Made by a program: the position numbers and the translations under genes. A stretch of DNA of 64,000 nucleotides from an uncultured Gammaproteobacteria bacterium. Its GTDB lineage: Bacteria; Patescibacteriota; Patescibacteriia; VMEV01; CAYQCH01. Below are positions 36,908 through 46,650 of the stretch, in pieces. The stretch spans positions 125,942-189,941 of the forward strand of contig CAYGRO010000001.1 in assembly GCA_964352335.1 (NCBI GenBank). The letters are read 5' to 3'. Each line of letters begins with the position of its first letter. Position 1 is the first letter of the stretch. The notes under the pieces are model-generated. The model searched no databases, was not told the DNA's origin, and saw only the letters and a program-made list of their open reading frames with translations.

Positions 36908-37551
36908 AGATTGTTTTGAACTAATTCTTTTTTGAGTTGGTCTAAAAATAATAATAAAAAGGCCGTTCGTTGCTCAGCTATTTCTTTTGCAGCTTTGGTA
37001 TGAAGCCTGTCTTTTATTACTAATAGTCTGGTATAAAAAAGATCTAAAGCATATTTTGAATTATCAGGAAGTCGATTAACACAAAAAGGATCTAGCGTGT
37101 TATAAAAGCTCATATTCATAGATCCTGCAGAAGCAAAAGTTCTCATTATTGATATAGCGCCTGTTGCCTCTAGGCTATCTGCATCTTGTAATATTTTACC
37201 TTCAATAAAATCCACTGTTGTCCCTTTTGAAAAAGAACAGTTAATTATTGATTGATATACTAAATCAATTTTTTCTGATGGGTAATCTTTATCTTTTTCT
37301 AGAGCTTCCTTTGCAAATAAAGCACTTTCTATTGAGCTATTATGTCTGTTTTTATGGTTTTTAGGGTAGCAAATCACATCATGAAAAATTGCAGCAGGAA
37401 TAACGATTTCTAAATCAGCATTTTCATCTTTAGCTAGTGTTTGAGCGATAGAAAGTACACGAAAAGCATGGTCAATATCATGAGATGAGTCATTTTCTAG
37501 TATCTTTTTTTTCGCTAACTCGATTAGTCTTTTTTTGATTAAATCATTCAT
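36904..37551 (-). CDS. HD-domain phosphohydrolase (YedJ-like)
   Basis: HDIDH..RV, AIFHDV and QDADSLEA.GAI motifs. Confidence 0.9.
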   Translation of the reverse strand: MNDLIKKRLIELAKKKILENDSSHDIDHAFRVLSIAQTLAKDENADLEIVIPAAIFHDVICYPKNHKNRHNSSIESALFAKEALEKDKDYPSEKIDLVYQSIINCSFSKGTTVDFIEGKILQDADSLEATGAISIMRTFASAGSMNMSFYNTLDPFCVNRLPDNSKYALDLFYTRLLVIKDRLHTKAAKEIAEQRTAFLLLFLDQLKKELVQNNL

Positions 37552-37626
37552 ATGCTAAATCTTAGCAAAATATTGCGTGCCAATCTACCTAATCAAAAAC
37601 ACCGCTAGTTTTAGCGATGCTTTTGA

Positions 37627-37702
37627 TGGCGGGCCGGACGAGAATCGAACTCGCGATCTTCTCCGTGACAGGGAGACGTGATAACCGCTACACTACCGGC
37701 CC
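37627..37702 (-). tRNA. tRNA-Asp(GTC)
   Basis: 76-nt cloverleaf GGGCCGG...CTGTCAC...TTCGATT...CCGGCCCGCCA with encoded CCA. Confidence 0.97.
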
Positions 37703-37909
37703 AAATATTAAATTGTCTTTCCACAAGATTTATCGTTCCAAAGTTCCTCAAGGAGCGAAGGAAGATAAACAAAACCCGCCCGTTAAGGAGGGTATGGAGA
37801 ATATAGCAAATGGAGGGATATTTGTCTAGAAGAGCTGAAATCATTGACTTATGCTAGAAATGATGCTAATTTTTACTGTCAACAAAAACACAAGGACAGT
37901 ACAGACCTA

Positions 37910-38620
37910 ATGAACAATAAGAACCGTATCGCCCTGGTGGTGGCCTTTCTTCTCGTTATTGGAACTAGCTGGTTGCTGGTCTCAAAAAAGGAAAGGCAGC
38001 CGAAGCCTATTCCCCCAGCCCCGTCGGTAAGTATCGCCCCGCTTAATACGCGGGCAACCCATACGCTCCTTCCGGGGGCGGCCGTGCCAACCATGGAGCA
38101 AGTCTACTTTGTGAGCAACCTCATGCTCCCAATGTTCGACAAGACGGCACTGACTTACCCAGAACCGAGCATTCGCGAACGCTTTGCTCGCTTCCTGCAA
38201 AGAACCAGAGACGGAGGGGATGTTCATTTCAATATGGACACCGGAATCCAATCCCAAGTGATGGCTGCGGTCAGTCTTCATGAAGGGAGGATCACCTTAA
38301 CCATTTGGGTTTGTGTGCCAATGCAATGGTACAAAGAATCAGGTGAGGATCTAGAAGCTCTCGAAGACGAAATGGTGATGAGCATGCTCCATGAGCAATA
38401 TCATGTAGAGCACCATGTTTTGCAAAACGCACCTCATCGCCTCGCCGAGTCGGAAGCTTGGTGGTATACCATTGAAACGGTCTGCCTCCCCATGCGAAAA
38501 ACTGGCCGTCTCAAAAAAATCAAGCCATTCTTGGCAAGAGCACTCGAGGCTTATCGTCAGGCCAATGGTGACCCAAAGTCTGCCAGTTGGCAGAACTTCC
38601 TCGACGAGCTAGGAAACTAA
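37910..38620 (+). CDS. Membrane-anchored protein with an HExxH motif (possible zincin)
   Basis: N-terminal TM; MLHEQYH...ESEAW; AAGGA RBS. Confidence 0.65.
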   Translation: MNNKNRIALVVAFLLVIGTSWLLVSKKERQPKPIPPAPSVSIAPLNTRATHTLLPGAAVPTMEQVYFVSNLMLPMFDKTALTYPEPSIRERFARFLQRTRDGGDVHFNMDTGIQSQVMAAVSLHEGRITLTIWVCVPMQWYKESGEDLEALEDEMVMSMLHEQYHVEHHVLQNAPHRLAESEAWWYTIETVCLPMRKTGRLKKIKPFLARALEAYRQANGDPKSASWQNFLDELGN

Positions 38621-38696
38621 TCCTAGATCAGCAGCCCACCTCCCCCTCGGGAGCGTCGGGCTGTCTTCATTTATTTCTCTCTGCTAGGATAACTTT

Positions 38697-39947
38697 ATGA
38701 AAACGACAAAAAAAATCGCAATCATCGGCGGTGGAGCAGCTGGAATGATGGCTGCTGCTACCCTTTTAGAATCTGGCAAAAATTGCGAGGTTCATTTATT
38801 TGAAAAAAATAAAAACCTGGGAGCAAAGGTTATTATTAGTGGAGGGGGAAGATGTAATGTGACAACAGGATTACAAAACAAACAACAATTGTTAAAAAAA
38901 TATTCTAGAGGTTCTGAATTTCTAAAAGCGGCTTTGTCTAAATTCCCCCCAGCCAAAGTATATGAATGGTTTGAAGAGCATGGTGTCCCATTAAAAACCG
39001 AAGACGATTTACGAGTCTTTCCCCAATCAAATGACGGGCATGATATTGTTGCTGTTTTTGAAACAATGTTTAAAGAAAAAAATGGTTTTTTACATTTGCT
39101 TTCGAATGTAAAAGAAATCACAAAACAAGAAGAGCACTTTTTGCTAAAAACAACAAAGGAAGAATTTCACTTTGATCTTGTAATACTCACAACGGGTGGA
39201 AATGCGTATAGACATACAGGCTCTACTGGAGATGGCTATGCATTTGCTACTGCACTTGGACATAGTATCACCCCATTAGGCCCATCATTAAACAGTTTTG
39301 TTGTACAAGAAGAATGGCCAAAAGCCTTATCTGGAATTAGTCTACCAAATGCAGAATTACGATATAAAAAAACAGCTGTAAAGGGACCTGTCTTGCTTAC
39401 CCATTTTGGAATTTCTGGACCAGTCACCTTTTCACTCTCTTCTCAAATCGCCTTTGAAAAAATTTCACCAGCCACCCCACTGACAATTCAATTGATTCCA
39501 GATGCAGAAAAAAAGTTTGAAGACTGGGAACAAACATTTTTAAAAACAATAAAAAATGAACCCAAAAAACAACTTATTACCTTTCTCCAAACATTTTTCC
39601 CCAAACGTTTAGCAGAAAGTTTAGTTGCGATTGCACAAGTAAAGCGTACAAAAGAATTAGCTGAATTAACAAAAGAAGAACGAAAAAAAATGAGCCACTT
39701 GCTCTCTGGAAACTTAGAACTCACCTTAGAACAACGTAGACCAGGTGATGAATTTGTGACCGCAGGCGGAGTATCAACCGAAGAAATCGATCCACAAACA
39801 ATGGAATCACTTATTACGCCAAATCTCTATTTCGGTGGAGAACTAATGAATGTAGATGGTGTAACCGGCGGATACAATTTGCAAGCCTCTTGGGCAACTG
39901 GGCAATTGGCAGGAAAAAGCATTATTAAAAAGTTGAAAACAGATTAA
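38697..39947 (+). CDS. HI0933/YhiN family flavoprotein
   Basis: GGGAAG, SGGGRCNVT, TH.GISGP, VTAGGV and GGYNLQ motifs. Confidence 0.95.
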   Translation: MKTTKKIAIIGGGAAGMMAAATLLESGKNCEVHLFEKNKNLGAKVIISGGGRCNVTTGLQNKQQLLKKYSRGSEFLKAALSKFPPAKVYEWFEEHGVPLKTEDDLRVFPQSNDGHDIVAVFETMFKEKNGFLHLLSNVKEITKQEEHFLLKTTKEEFHFDLVILTTGGNAYRHTGSTGDGYAFATALGHSITPLGPSLNSFVVQEEWPKALSGISLPNAELRYKKTAVKGPVLLTHFGISGPVTFSLSSQIAFEKISPATPLTIQLIPDAEKKFEDWEQTFLKTIKNEPKKQLITFLQTFFPKRLAESLVAIAQVKRTKELAELTKEERKKMSHLLSGNLELTLEQRRPGDEFVTAGGVSTEEIDPQTMESLITPNLYFGGELMNVDGVTGGYNLQASWATGQLAGKSIIKKLKTD

Positions 39948-39951
39948 CTCT

Positions 39952-40806
39952 ATGAACAAAACGATTGTTGAAGTTATCAAGACAAAAACCGTTCTCGAGG
40001 GTGCAGGCGTGAAACTTCATCGAGGTTTTTCAAACCCTGAAATACCTAAGTTTGACCCATTTTTACTTTTCGATGACTTTAGTAGTGAAGACCCAGCTGA
40101 TTATAGATTAGGTTTTCCCTGGCATCCACATCGTGGAATAGAAACGATTACCTATATTTTATCTGGAGAAGTATTGCACCATGACTCGATTGGAAATCAA
40201 GGAAGAATTGGAGCAGGAGAAGTACAATGGATGAGTGCTGGTAGCGGGATATTACATGAAGAAATGCCAAAAAGTATTCCTGGTCTTCAAGGATTTCAAC
40301 TCTGGGTCAACTTACCTAAAAAGCACAAAATGTCTGAACCACGATACCAAGACATCACCGCTAAAATGATTCCAGAAATTTCCATTGGAAAAAATGCCAC
40401 GGCAAAAGTAATTGCTGGAACGGTTCAAGATACCCATGGGCCTGTAGAAGAACTTATGGCCATGCCTTTTTATCTAGACATAATAGTAGAACATGGAAAA
40501 GAATTTCAGCTCCCTATTCCGAATGAGTACAATACGTTTATCTACGTAATAGAAGGAAGTATTGGAACCACCGACTCAGAAAAAATTGCATATAAACAAG
40601 GTCAAATACTTCTTTTTAGTATGAATGGAGACACTCTTTCACTTAAAGCAGGGTCCTCATCTGCTCGATTCTTATTATGTTCAGGAAAACCACTGAATGA
40701 ACCCATTGCATGGCAAGGACCAATTGTCATGAATACCCAAGAAGAATTAGAAAAGGCCTATTATGAATTACAAGTCGGAAGCTTCATAAAAAATAACCTC
40801 CATTGA
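39952..40806 (+). CDS. Pirin family protein
   Basis: DPFLLFD, GFPWHPHRGIET, HEE, QLWVNLP and GPIVMN motifs. Confidence 0.95.
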   Translation: MNKTIVEVIKTKTVLEGAGVKLHRGFSNPEIPKFDPFLLFDDFSSEDPADYRLGFPWHPHRGIETITYILSGEVLHHDSIGNQGRIGAGEVQWMSAGSGILHEEMPKSIPGLQGFQLWVNLPKKHKMSEPRYQDITAKMIPEISIGKNATAKVIAGTVQDTHGPVEELMAMPFYLDIIVEHGKEFQLPIPNEYNTFIYVIEGSIGTTDSEKIAYKQGQILLFSMNGDTLSLKAGSSSARFLLCSGKPLNEPIAWQGPIVMNTQEELEKAYYELQVGSFIKNNLH

Positions 40807-40840
40807 TTCACACTAAAATCATTGCTACACTCTCTCAACT

Positions 40841-41755
40841 ATGAATAATGCAATTACAATAAAAGACCTCACAAAAACATACCAGTCAAAAGCTGGAGAA
40901 GTACATGCCCTCAAAGGGGTTTCTTTTGAAATTAAAAAAGGAGAACTCTTTGGATTACTCGGACCAAATGGTGCTGGTAAATCTACATTGATCAATATCT
41001 TAGGAGGCGTTTCAGAAAAAACAAGTGGAACAGCCATTGTAGACGGTGTAGACATTTCTAAAGACCATAGAGCAGCTAAAATGAAACTTGGTATTGTTGG
41101 CCAAGAAATTTCTTTTGATGCGTTTTTAACTTTAGAACAAGCACTTCTCTTACAATTTGGGTATTACAATCTGCCAATCGATAGAGACCATATGATGAAA
41201 GTGCTAAAACAATTAGCATTAGACGACAAATTAAAAGCAAATCCTCGTTGGCTTTCTGGTGGAATGAAAAGACGCTTTATGATTGCCCGAGCCATGATGC
41301 ATAAACCAGAAATTCTCATTTTAGACGAACCAACAGCTGGTGTAGATGTAGAATTACGTCATGATATGTACGACTTAATTCGCACATTACACGAAAGCGG
41401 GACCACGATTATTTTAACGACTCATTATTTAGAAGAAGTAGAACTCTTAGCTGAACGCGTTGGGATTCTAAAAAAAGGTGAACTTGTTGCCCTAGATAAT
41501 AAACATGATTTAAAAGATCGTTTTCAATCTACAAGAGAATTAAAACTTGCCTTAACAGAAGCACTTACAACAATCCCAGAATCACTCACTATTTTTTCCC
41601 CTAAACAAAATGGAACTGAATTGGTTTTAACTTTTGAAGAAGTTGATTATAAAAAAGTCCTTCAAGTAGTTGCCAAAGCCGATTTACCAGTCGCCCATTT
41701 TACAGTGATTGAACCAACAATTGAAGATGTTTTCTTGAACCTAACAAAAAACTAA
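40841..41755 (+). CDS. ABC-2 transporter ATP-binding protein (YadG-like)
   Basis: GPNGAGKS, LSGGMKRR and LDEPTAGVD motifs. Confidence 0.95.
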   Translation: MNNAITIKDLTKTYQSKAGEVHALKGVSFEIKKGELFGLLGPNGAGKSTLINILGGVSEKTSGTAIVDGVDISKDHRAAKMKLGIVGQEISFDAFLTLEQALLLQFGYYNLPIDRDHMMKVLKQLALDDKLKANPRWLSGGMKRRFMIARAMMHKPEILILDEPTAGVDVELRHDMYDLIRTLHESGTTIILTTHYLEEVELLAERVGILKKGELVALDNKHDLKDRFQSTRELKLALTEALTTIPESLTIFSPKQNGTELVLTFEEVDYKKVLQVVAKADLPVAHFTVIEPTIEDVFLNLTKN

Positions 41756-41756
41756 T

Positions 41757-42524
41757 ATGATGATTAATACCCGTGGTGTTTTAACCATGATGAAAAAAGA
41801 ATGGCTTCGTATTAAAGATGTTTGGAAGCAAAGCATCCTTGCCCCTGTTATTTCTAACCTCCTCTTTTTTGTTGTCTTCGGCGTTGCTATTGCTGGTCGC
41901 GTGCAAACCCCAGACGGATTTAGTTATTTAACGGTGCTTGTTCCAGGTCTTGTGGCCATGGGATTAATGATGAATGCCCTACAAAACCCAATCTTCTCTC
42001 TCGTTATTTCTAAGTACTCAAATAATATTGCCGACTTACTCATGCTCCCTTTAAGCGGGCTTGAACTTGCTTTTGGGTATTTATTCGGAGGCATGATCAG
42101 AGGATTTGCCGTTGCTCTTGTGACCCTAATTGTTGGAATGTTCTTTACACCAGTTCCCTTCACCCATCCATTCTTGATTATCCTTTTCCTTTTCTTAATT
42201 GGAGGTATCTTTGCTTCCCTTGGATCAATGATCGGAGTTATTGCCGACGACTTTGATAAAGGAAACTTCATCCCAACTTTTGTGATCAACCCCTTAATTT
42301 ATTTGGGTGGTGTTTTCTATTCCGTAGACCAATTACCAGGAGTCCTCGCTTCTATCTCAAAATTCAATCCAATCCTCTATATGATTGACGGACTCCGATA
42401 CAGCTTCTTAGGCGTCGGTGACATCTCAATCGCAATCTCCCTCACAATCACAACCATCATCTTCCTCATCACCTTCTCCATCACCAGTTACATGTTCCAC
42501 ACAGGATATAAATTAAAAACCTAG
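41757..42524 (+). CDS. ABC-2 transporter permease (YadH-like)
   Basis: PL.YLGGVFYS and NPILYMIDGLRY motifs. Confidence 0.93.
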   Translation: MMINTRGVLTMMKKEWLRIKDVWKQSILAPVISNLLFFVVFGVAIAGRVQTPDGFSYLTVLVPGLVAMGLMMNALQNPIFSLVISKYSNNIADLLMLPLSGLELAFGYLFGGMIRGFAVALVTLIVGMFFTPVPFTHPFLIILFLFLIGGIFASLGSMIGVIADDFDKGNFIPTFVINPLIYLGGVFYSVDQLPGVLASISKFNPILYMIDGLRYSFLGVGDISIAISLTITTIIFLITFSITSYMFHTGYKLKT

Positions 42525-42882
42525 GTAAACAACAGATCAAACCAAAAACTACTCGTGTACTCACTAGTAGTTTTTTTGTAAAAAAATGAATAATCCACCA
42601 TGCGCTAAATGGGGTCCGGGGTAGTCGTGCTTCTGGGAACAAAAATCGGTGCAAGAACATACAAGAAGCTTCTACTACCCCGGCGACTTTTTTGCTTCGT
42701 TTTTTGGTCGCTCAAAAAATGAAGGCCCGTGCGGCGAGCACAATGACAAACCCTCAATCTAGTCAAAACAAAAACGAGCTCGCATTGAGCTCATTTTTAT
42801 TCCTCAAAGAAAAACGAATTTCTCTCTAAGGGACGGGCGAGATCAAAGCGTGGGGCTTCGATCTCATCCCTTCTGTAATGTG

Positions 42883-43089
42883 TTACAAAACCTCGAACGC
42901 GAGGTCCACGATGATCATGACGGCGATGAACGCCAACGTGATCAACGTCATCAGGAGCGGAAGCCCCCACTTGGAGTGCACGAAGCGCTCCCACCGGGTC
43001 TCATCACACTGGATGACCCCCTTCTGAGCACGACGGAACTCCGACATTGACGTCATACGCGGCAAAGTGCGCGGGTTCATTTGAACCAC
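42883..43089 (-). CDS. Small single-TM protein (ORFan)
   Basis: GC-rich ORF with a hydrophobic C-terminus; minus-strand TTGACA...TATAGT promoter at ~43103-43130. Confidence 0.5.
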   Translation of the reverse strand: MVQMNPRTLPRMTSMSEFRRAQKGVIQCDETRWERFVHSKWGLPLLMTLITLAFIAVMIIVDLAFEVL

Positions 43090-43174
43090 CTTTCTGAAAA
43101 CACTATACCATATTTATGGTATTTTGTCAAGGTGTGTGTAAATACTAGGGATAACCATGATATAATAGACTCAT

Positions 43175-43501
43175 ATGAAAAAAACCCTCTTTTTACTGCT
43201 TATTCTCCCCCTTTTAGGAGCAGGATGTAGCACTAGCGACCAACAAATAGCTTGTTATTATAATGAAAAGCCTTATCAAGTAGGCGAATCCTTTACAGCT
43301 GATGATGGCTGTAATACCTGTTCTTGTGGTCTAAATGGCCAAATTGCCTGCACAGAAATGGCTTGCCCAGCAGCTTTAGGAATTGACCAATGCCAAACAG
43401 CCAATGACTGCCTAGACCAAGGTATAGATACTTCCTACTGTTCTGATGGCCAATGGGCATGTGTAAATTCCATGTGTGAATATAGTTGTGAAATAGGATA
43501 G
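43175..43501 (+). CDS. Cys-rich lipoprotein with a pacifastin/VWC-like module
   Basis: Lipobox LLGAGC; C...G.SF...DGCNTCSC..G..ACT..AC. Confidence 0.75.
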   Translation: MKKTLFLLLILPLLGAGCSTSDQQIACYYNEKPYQVGESFTADDGCNTCSCGLNGQIACTEMACPAALGIDQCQTANDCLDQGIDTSYCSDGQWACVNSMCEYSCEIG

Positions 43502-43581
43502 CCAAAAAAATCAGATCAAAAAAATCAGCCCACACAGGCTGATTTTTTAATGTACCATGTCCCATGACTAATGCCCCATGC

Positions 43582-44700
43582 CTAAAGACTTTCCAATGCC
43601 TTAAACGCAGCTTCCAAATCTGCAGGGTCAACAGCATCTCCACCTTCTAAATTTTTTAAGAATGCTTTTGCATCATCAATTTCCATATTTCCGCTGCTTT
43701 GTATTGAATCCATACTACCACCAAAAAGTTCTAAATCACCAAATAGACTTCCTCCCATTATTTTTGCCATAACATCTTCAAATGAAATAGCATCGCTCGG
43801 AGCAACTACGGCACTGGCATTATTGTAATTATACAAAGTTACAACTACTTTTGCTGATTGTTTTACATTGGCACCGTTTAATTCCGTTGGATTTGCTTCA
43901 AATTGGTAAAGCCGATTATCTTTTTTCCCAATCCATAAATAGGTATCACCAGAATTAATTCGATCAATCAATTGACCTAAATCAGTCTTTGCTTCGCCAG
44001 TCATAGGATCATTGCTGATTTCAGAAGCCAAAGTGACAAATGCTAAAATACCAGCTTTATCTAAAACAACTTTATATTTTGTTGTTACTTCTCCTTCAAT
44101 TTTTTCTTCCCCTAAATCCGCTGTTTCACTAAACAAAGTTGCATCTTTAAATGCATCTTCAATTGCTTTTACTTGATCATCTGTTAATTCAGATTCTTCA
44201 TCATCGTCCATACTCCCTTCTAATATCATCATTGCTTCTGGATCATTAGGAGCAATCACCCACGTATTTAAGATACCGGCTAAATCAAATGGTAATCCTA
44301 ATTGCTCAGTCCCTGTTAACTCAGTAAGTTGAAAAAAGTTTGATTCATTTGTTCCCACATAATCACCTGCAACCTTAAACCCTTGTTCCCCTTCTGCAGA
44401 AATAAGAAAACTTCCCATTGATTCACCAAGCAATTGATCTTCACGAGTAAATTGCCCAGACAATTCTACGCTTACAGAATTAACACCAGGAGCAACTTGC
44501 TGCAAAGAAGAATTAGCATCTTCATCAAAAATAGAAGGATTTCCAGAGAAAGCAATTTTATAATTCGCAGATTGAATATCTACCATTGCACTTGGCATTT
44601 GCTTGATAACTGTTTCTGGGTTTTTCGGTTTACAACCAAACCCTGTAAGAGCAAGGGAGACGAAAAGTACAGCTCCTCCAAAAAATAAACGCTTATTCAT
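43582..44700 (-). CDS. Acidic lipoprotein of unknown function
   Basis: Lipobox LTGFGC; ends with YN....V.AP.DA. Confidence 0.75.
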   Translation of the reverse strand: MNKRLFFGGAVLFVSLALTGFGCKPKNPETVIKQMPSAMVDIQSANYKIAFSGNPSIFDEDANSSLQQVAPGVNSVSVELSGQFTREDQLLGESMGSFLISAEGEQGFKVAGDYVGTNESNFFQLTELTGTEQLGLPFDLAGILNTWVIAPNDPEAMMILEGSMDDDEESELTDDQVKAIEDAFKDATLFSETADLGEEKIEGEVTTKYKVVLDKAGILAFVTLASEISNDPMTGEAKTDLGQLIDRINSGDTYLWIGKKDNRLYQFEANPTELNGANVKQSAKVVVTLYNYNNASAVVAPSDAISFEDVMAKIMGGSLFGDLELFGGSMDSIQSSGNMEIDDAKAFLKNLEGGDAVDPADLEAAFKALESL

Positions 44701-44880
44701 AACATTGAGCATGGATCATGGTACATGGCGCATAATTCAATTCACAAACAGCGTTGTTAAAAATGAACCATGTCCCATGTCTCATATACCATGAGAAAAA
44801 GGTAAGAGTATATAATATCAAAAATAAATAACCTTGTACTCATTGACAAAACTACTATTTCTAGGTATTATTACGATTCT

Positions 44881-45930
44881 ATGTCAAACAAACCTGTAAC
44901 CAGAAATATGCAACTTTCTAAGCTCTTAGCAAAAGAGCCAGCTTTTCGTTTTAAACAAATCCAAAAGGCCCTTTTTCAACCACAAATTTCATCTTGGAAA
45001 GAAATCACAACTCTTCCAGCAAAATTACAAGAAGTATTAGAGAGCCAAGTCCCTTTTATCACAGTAAAAGAGAAGCTAATCCAAACAAATAAAAGAAAAG
45101 ACACACATAAAGCAGCTTTGACTTTGGAAGATGGATCAGCTATTGAAACGGTTTTAATGAAAAACCCAAGAGATTATTGGACCATTTGTGTTTCATCACA
45201 AGTTGGATGTGCCATGCGCTGTGATTTTTGTGCAACTGGAAAAATGGGTTTTACAAGAAATTTAACAAAAGAAGAAATTGTCGACCAATATCGATTCTGG
45301 CAACAGTATTTGCAAAAGCACCCTGAATTAAATCAACGTATTTCCAATATTGTTTTTATGGGCATGGGTGAACCACTCGCCAATTATGACAATGTCAGAG
45401 ATACAATGAATGAATGGCTCGAACAAACAGATATGGGACCAACAAGAATTACCGTTTCAACAGTTGGGCATATGGCATCTTTAGAAAAATTACTCGACGA
45501 CAAACAATGGCCACATGTACGACTCGCTATTTCATTACATAGTGCTGATAAAAATACTCGAAAAGAAATTGTACCAACTTCACATGAAGGGTTTTTACCA
45601 AACCTAGCATTTTGGGCAAAAAGATATTTAGAAAAATTTGGCAACCAAAGACATCATTTAACTTTTGAATATGTCATGCTCGACCGAATTAATGATACCG
45701 ATAAGCATGCTCGACTTCTTGCTGAATATGTTAATAAAATTGGAAAAGTTAAAGTCAATTTAATTCCCTACAATTTTACAGATTCAGAATACAAACGAAG
45801 TAAAGACGAACAAATCGCAGCTTTTAAAAACTATCTAGAATCAAAAGGGTTAACTGTTACATTACGCCGAACCATGGGTGACGACATTGACGCAGCTTGT
45901 GGTCAATTGATTCAACTTGGGAAAAAGTAA
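44881..45930 (+). CDS. rlmN: 23S rRNA m2A2503 radical SAM methyltransferase
   Basis: CVSSQVGC.M.C.FCATG, MGMGEP and DIDAACGQL motifs. Confidence 0.95.
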   Translation: MSNKPVTRNMQLSKLLAKEPAFRFKQIQKALFQPQISSWKEITTLPAKLQEVLESQVPFITVKEKLIQTNKRKDTHKAALTLEDGSAIETVLMKNPRDYWTICVSSQVGCAMRCDFCATGKMGFTRNLTKEEIVDQYRFWQQYLQKHPELNQRISNIVFMGMGEPLANYDNVRDTMNEWLEQTDMGPTRITVSTVGHMASLEKLLDDKQWPHVRLAISLHSADKNTRKEIVPTSHEGFLPNLAFWAKRYLEKFGNQRHHLTFEYVMLDRINDTDKHARLLAEYVNKIGKVKVNLIPYNFTDSEYKRSKDEQIAAFKNYLESKGLTVTLRRTMGDDIDAACGQLIQLGKK

Positions 45931-46040
45931 GTTAAGCCCCCCCCCTAACCCCCTCCTATCCTAGGAGGGGGAAGTACAACAGCATCTCTTACCTCCCTCC
46001 CTTTGCTAAGGGGAGGGTCGGGGTGGAGTATTTAAAAACT

Positions 46041-46493
46041 ATGATCTTCATCCTCGTTTCACTACGATCACTTTATAATGTCGGTTCCATTTTTCGATCA
46101 GCCGACGCTCTTGGGGTAGAAAAAATTTATCTTACTGGCTTTACTGGAACGCCAAAACAAGCAAAAATTGGAAAAACCGCTCTAGGGGCAGAGGAATCTG
46201 TTCCATGGGAGTACGTAAAAAGCACAAGTGAAGTCATCAAACGACTAAAATCTGAAGGATACTCTATCGTCGGCTTAGAAAAAACGTCAACATCACTTAA
46301 CGCATTTAAGTGGAATCCTAGCGAAAAAACTGCTATTCTATTAGGGAATGAGGAAAGAGGTTTATCTGACCGAATCATGAACCTTTGTGATGAGGTCGTA
46401 CATCTTCCAATGGAAGGAATGAAAGAAAGCCTCAATGTTTCAGTAGCTGCTGGAGCTATCGGCTACCTCATCAAATCTAAGCTCACTAAATAA
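46041..46493 (+). CDS. SpoU/TrmH family RNA methyltransferase
   Basis: NVGSIFRSADA, GNEERG and ESLNVSVA motifs. Confidence 0.93.
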   Translation: MIFILVSLRSLYNVGSIFRSADALGVEKIYLTGFTGTPKQAKIGKTALGAEESVPWEYVKSTSEVIKRLKSEGYSIVGLEKTSTSLNAFKWNPSEKTAILLGNEERGLSDRIMNLCDEVVHLPMEGMKESLNVSVAAGAIGYLIKSKLTK

Positions 46494-46650
46494 ACTGTGA
46501 CAATTCTCTACAGTCAAATGTCAGTGGTCAATTGTCAGTTGTACAATATGGATATACGTTTGAAAATCATTTCAATTATTAGCGTCATTTCCCTTGTTCT
46601 CTTGGCAGGAGCTTGGTACCTGGCGGTTTAATTATTAAACTAATAATACT

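Larger units (their letters stand above)
32834..37702 (-). mobile_element. tRNA-Asp-anchored genomic islet without an integrase
   Basis: Direct repeat of the tRNA 3' end; the interior is visibly more AT-rich with many AGA/ATA codons; five co-oriented, abutting genes. Confidence 0.85.
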
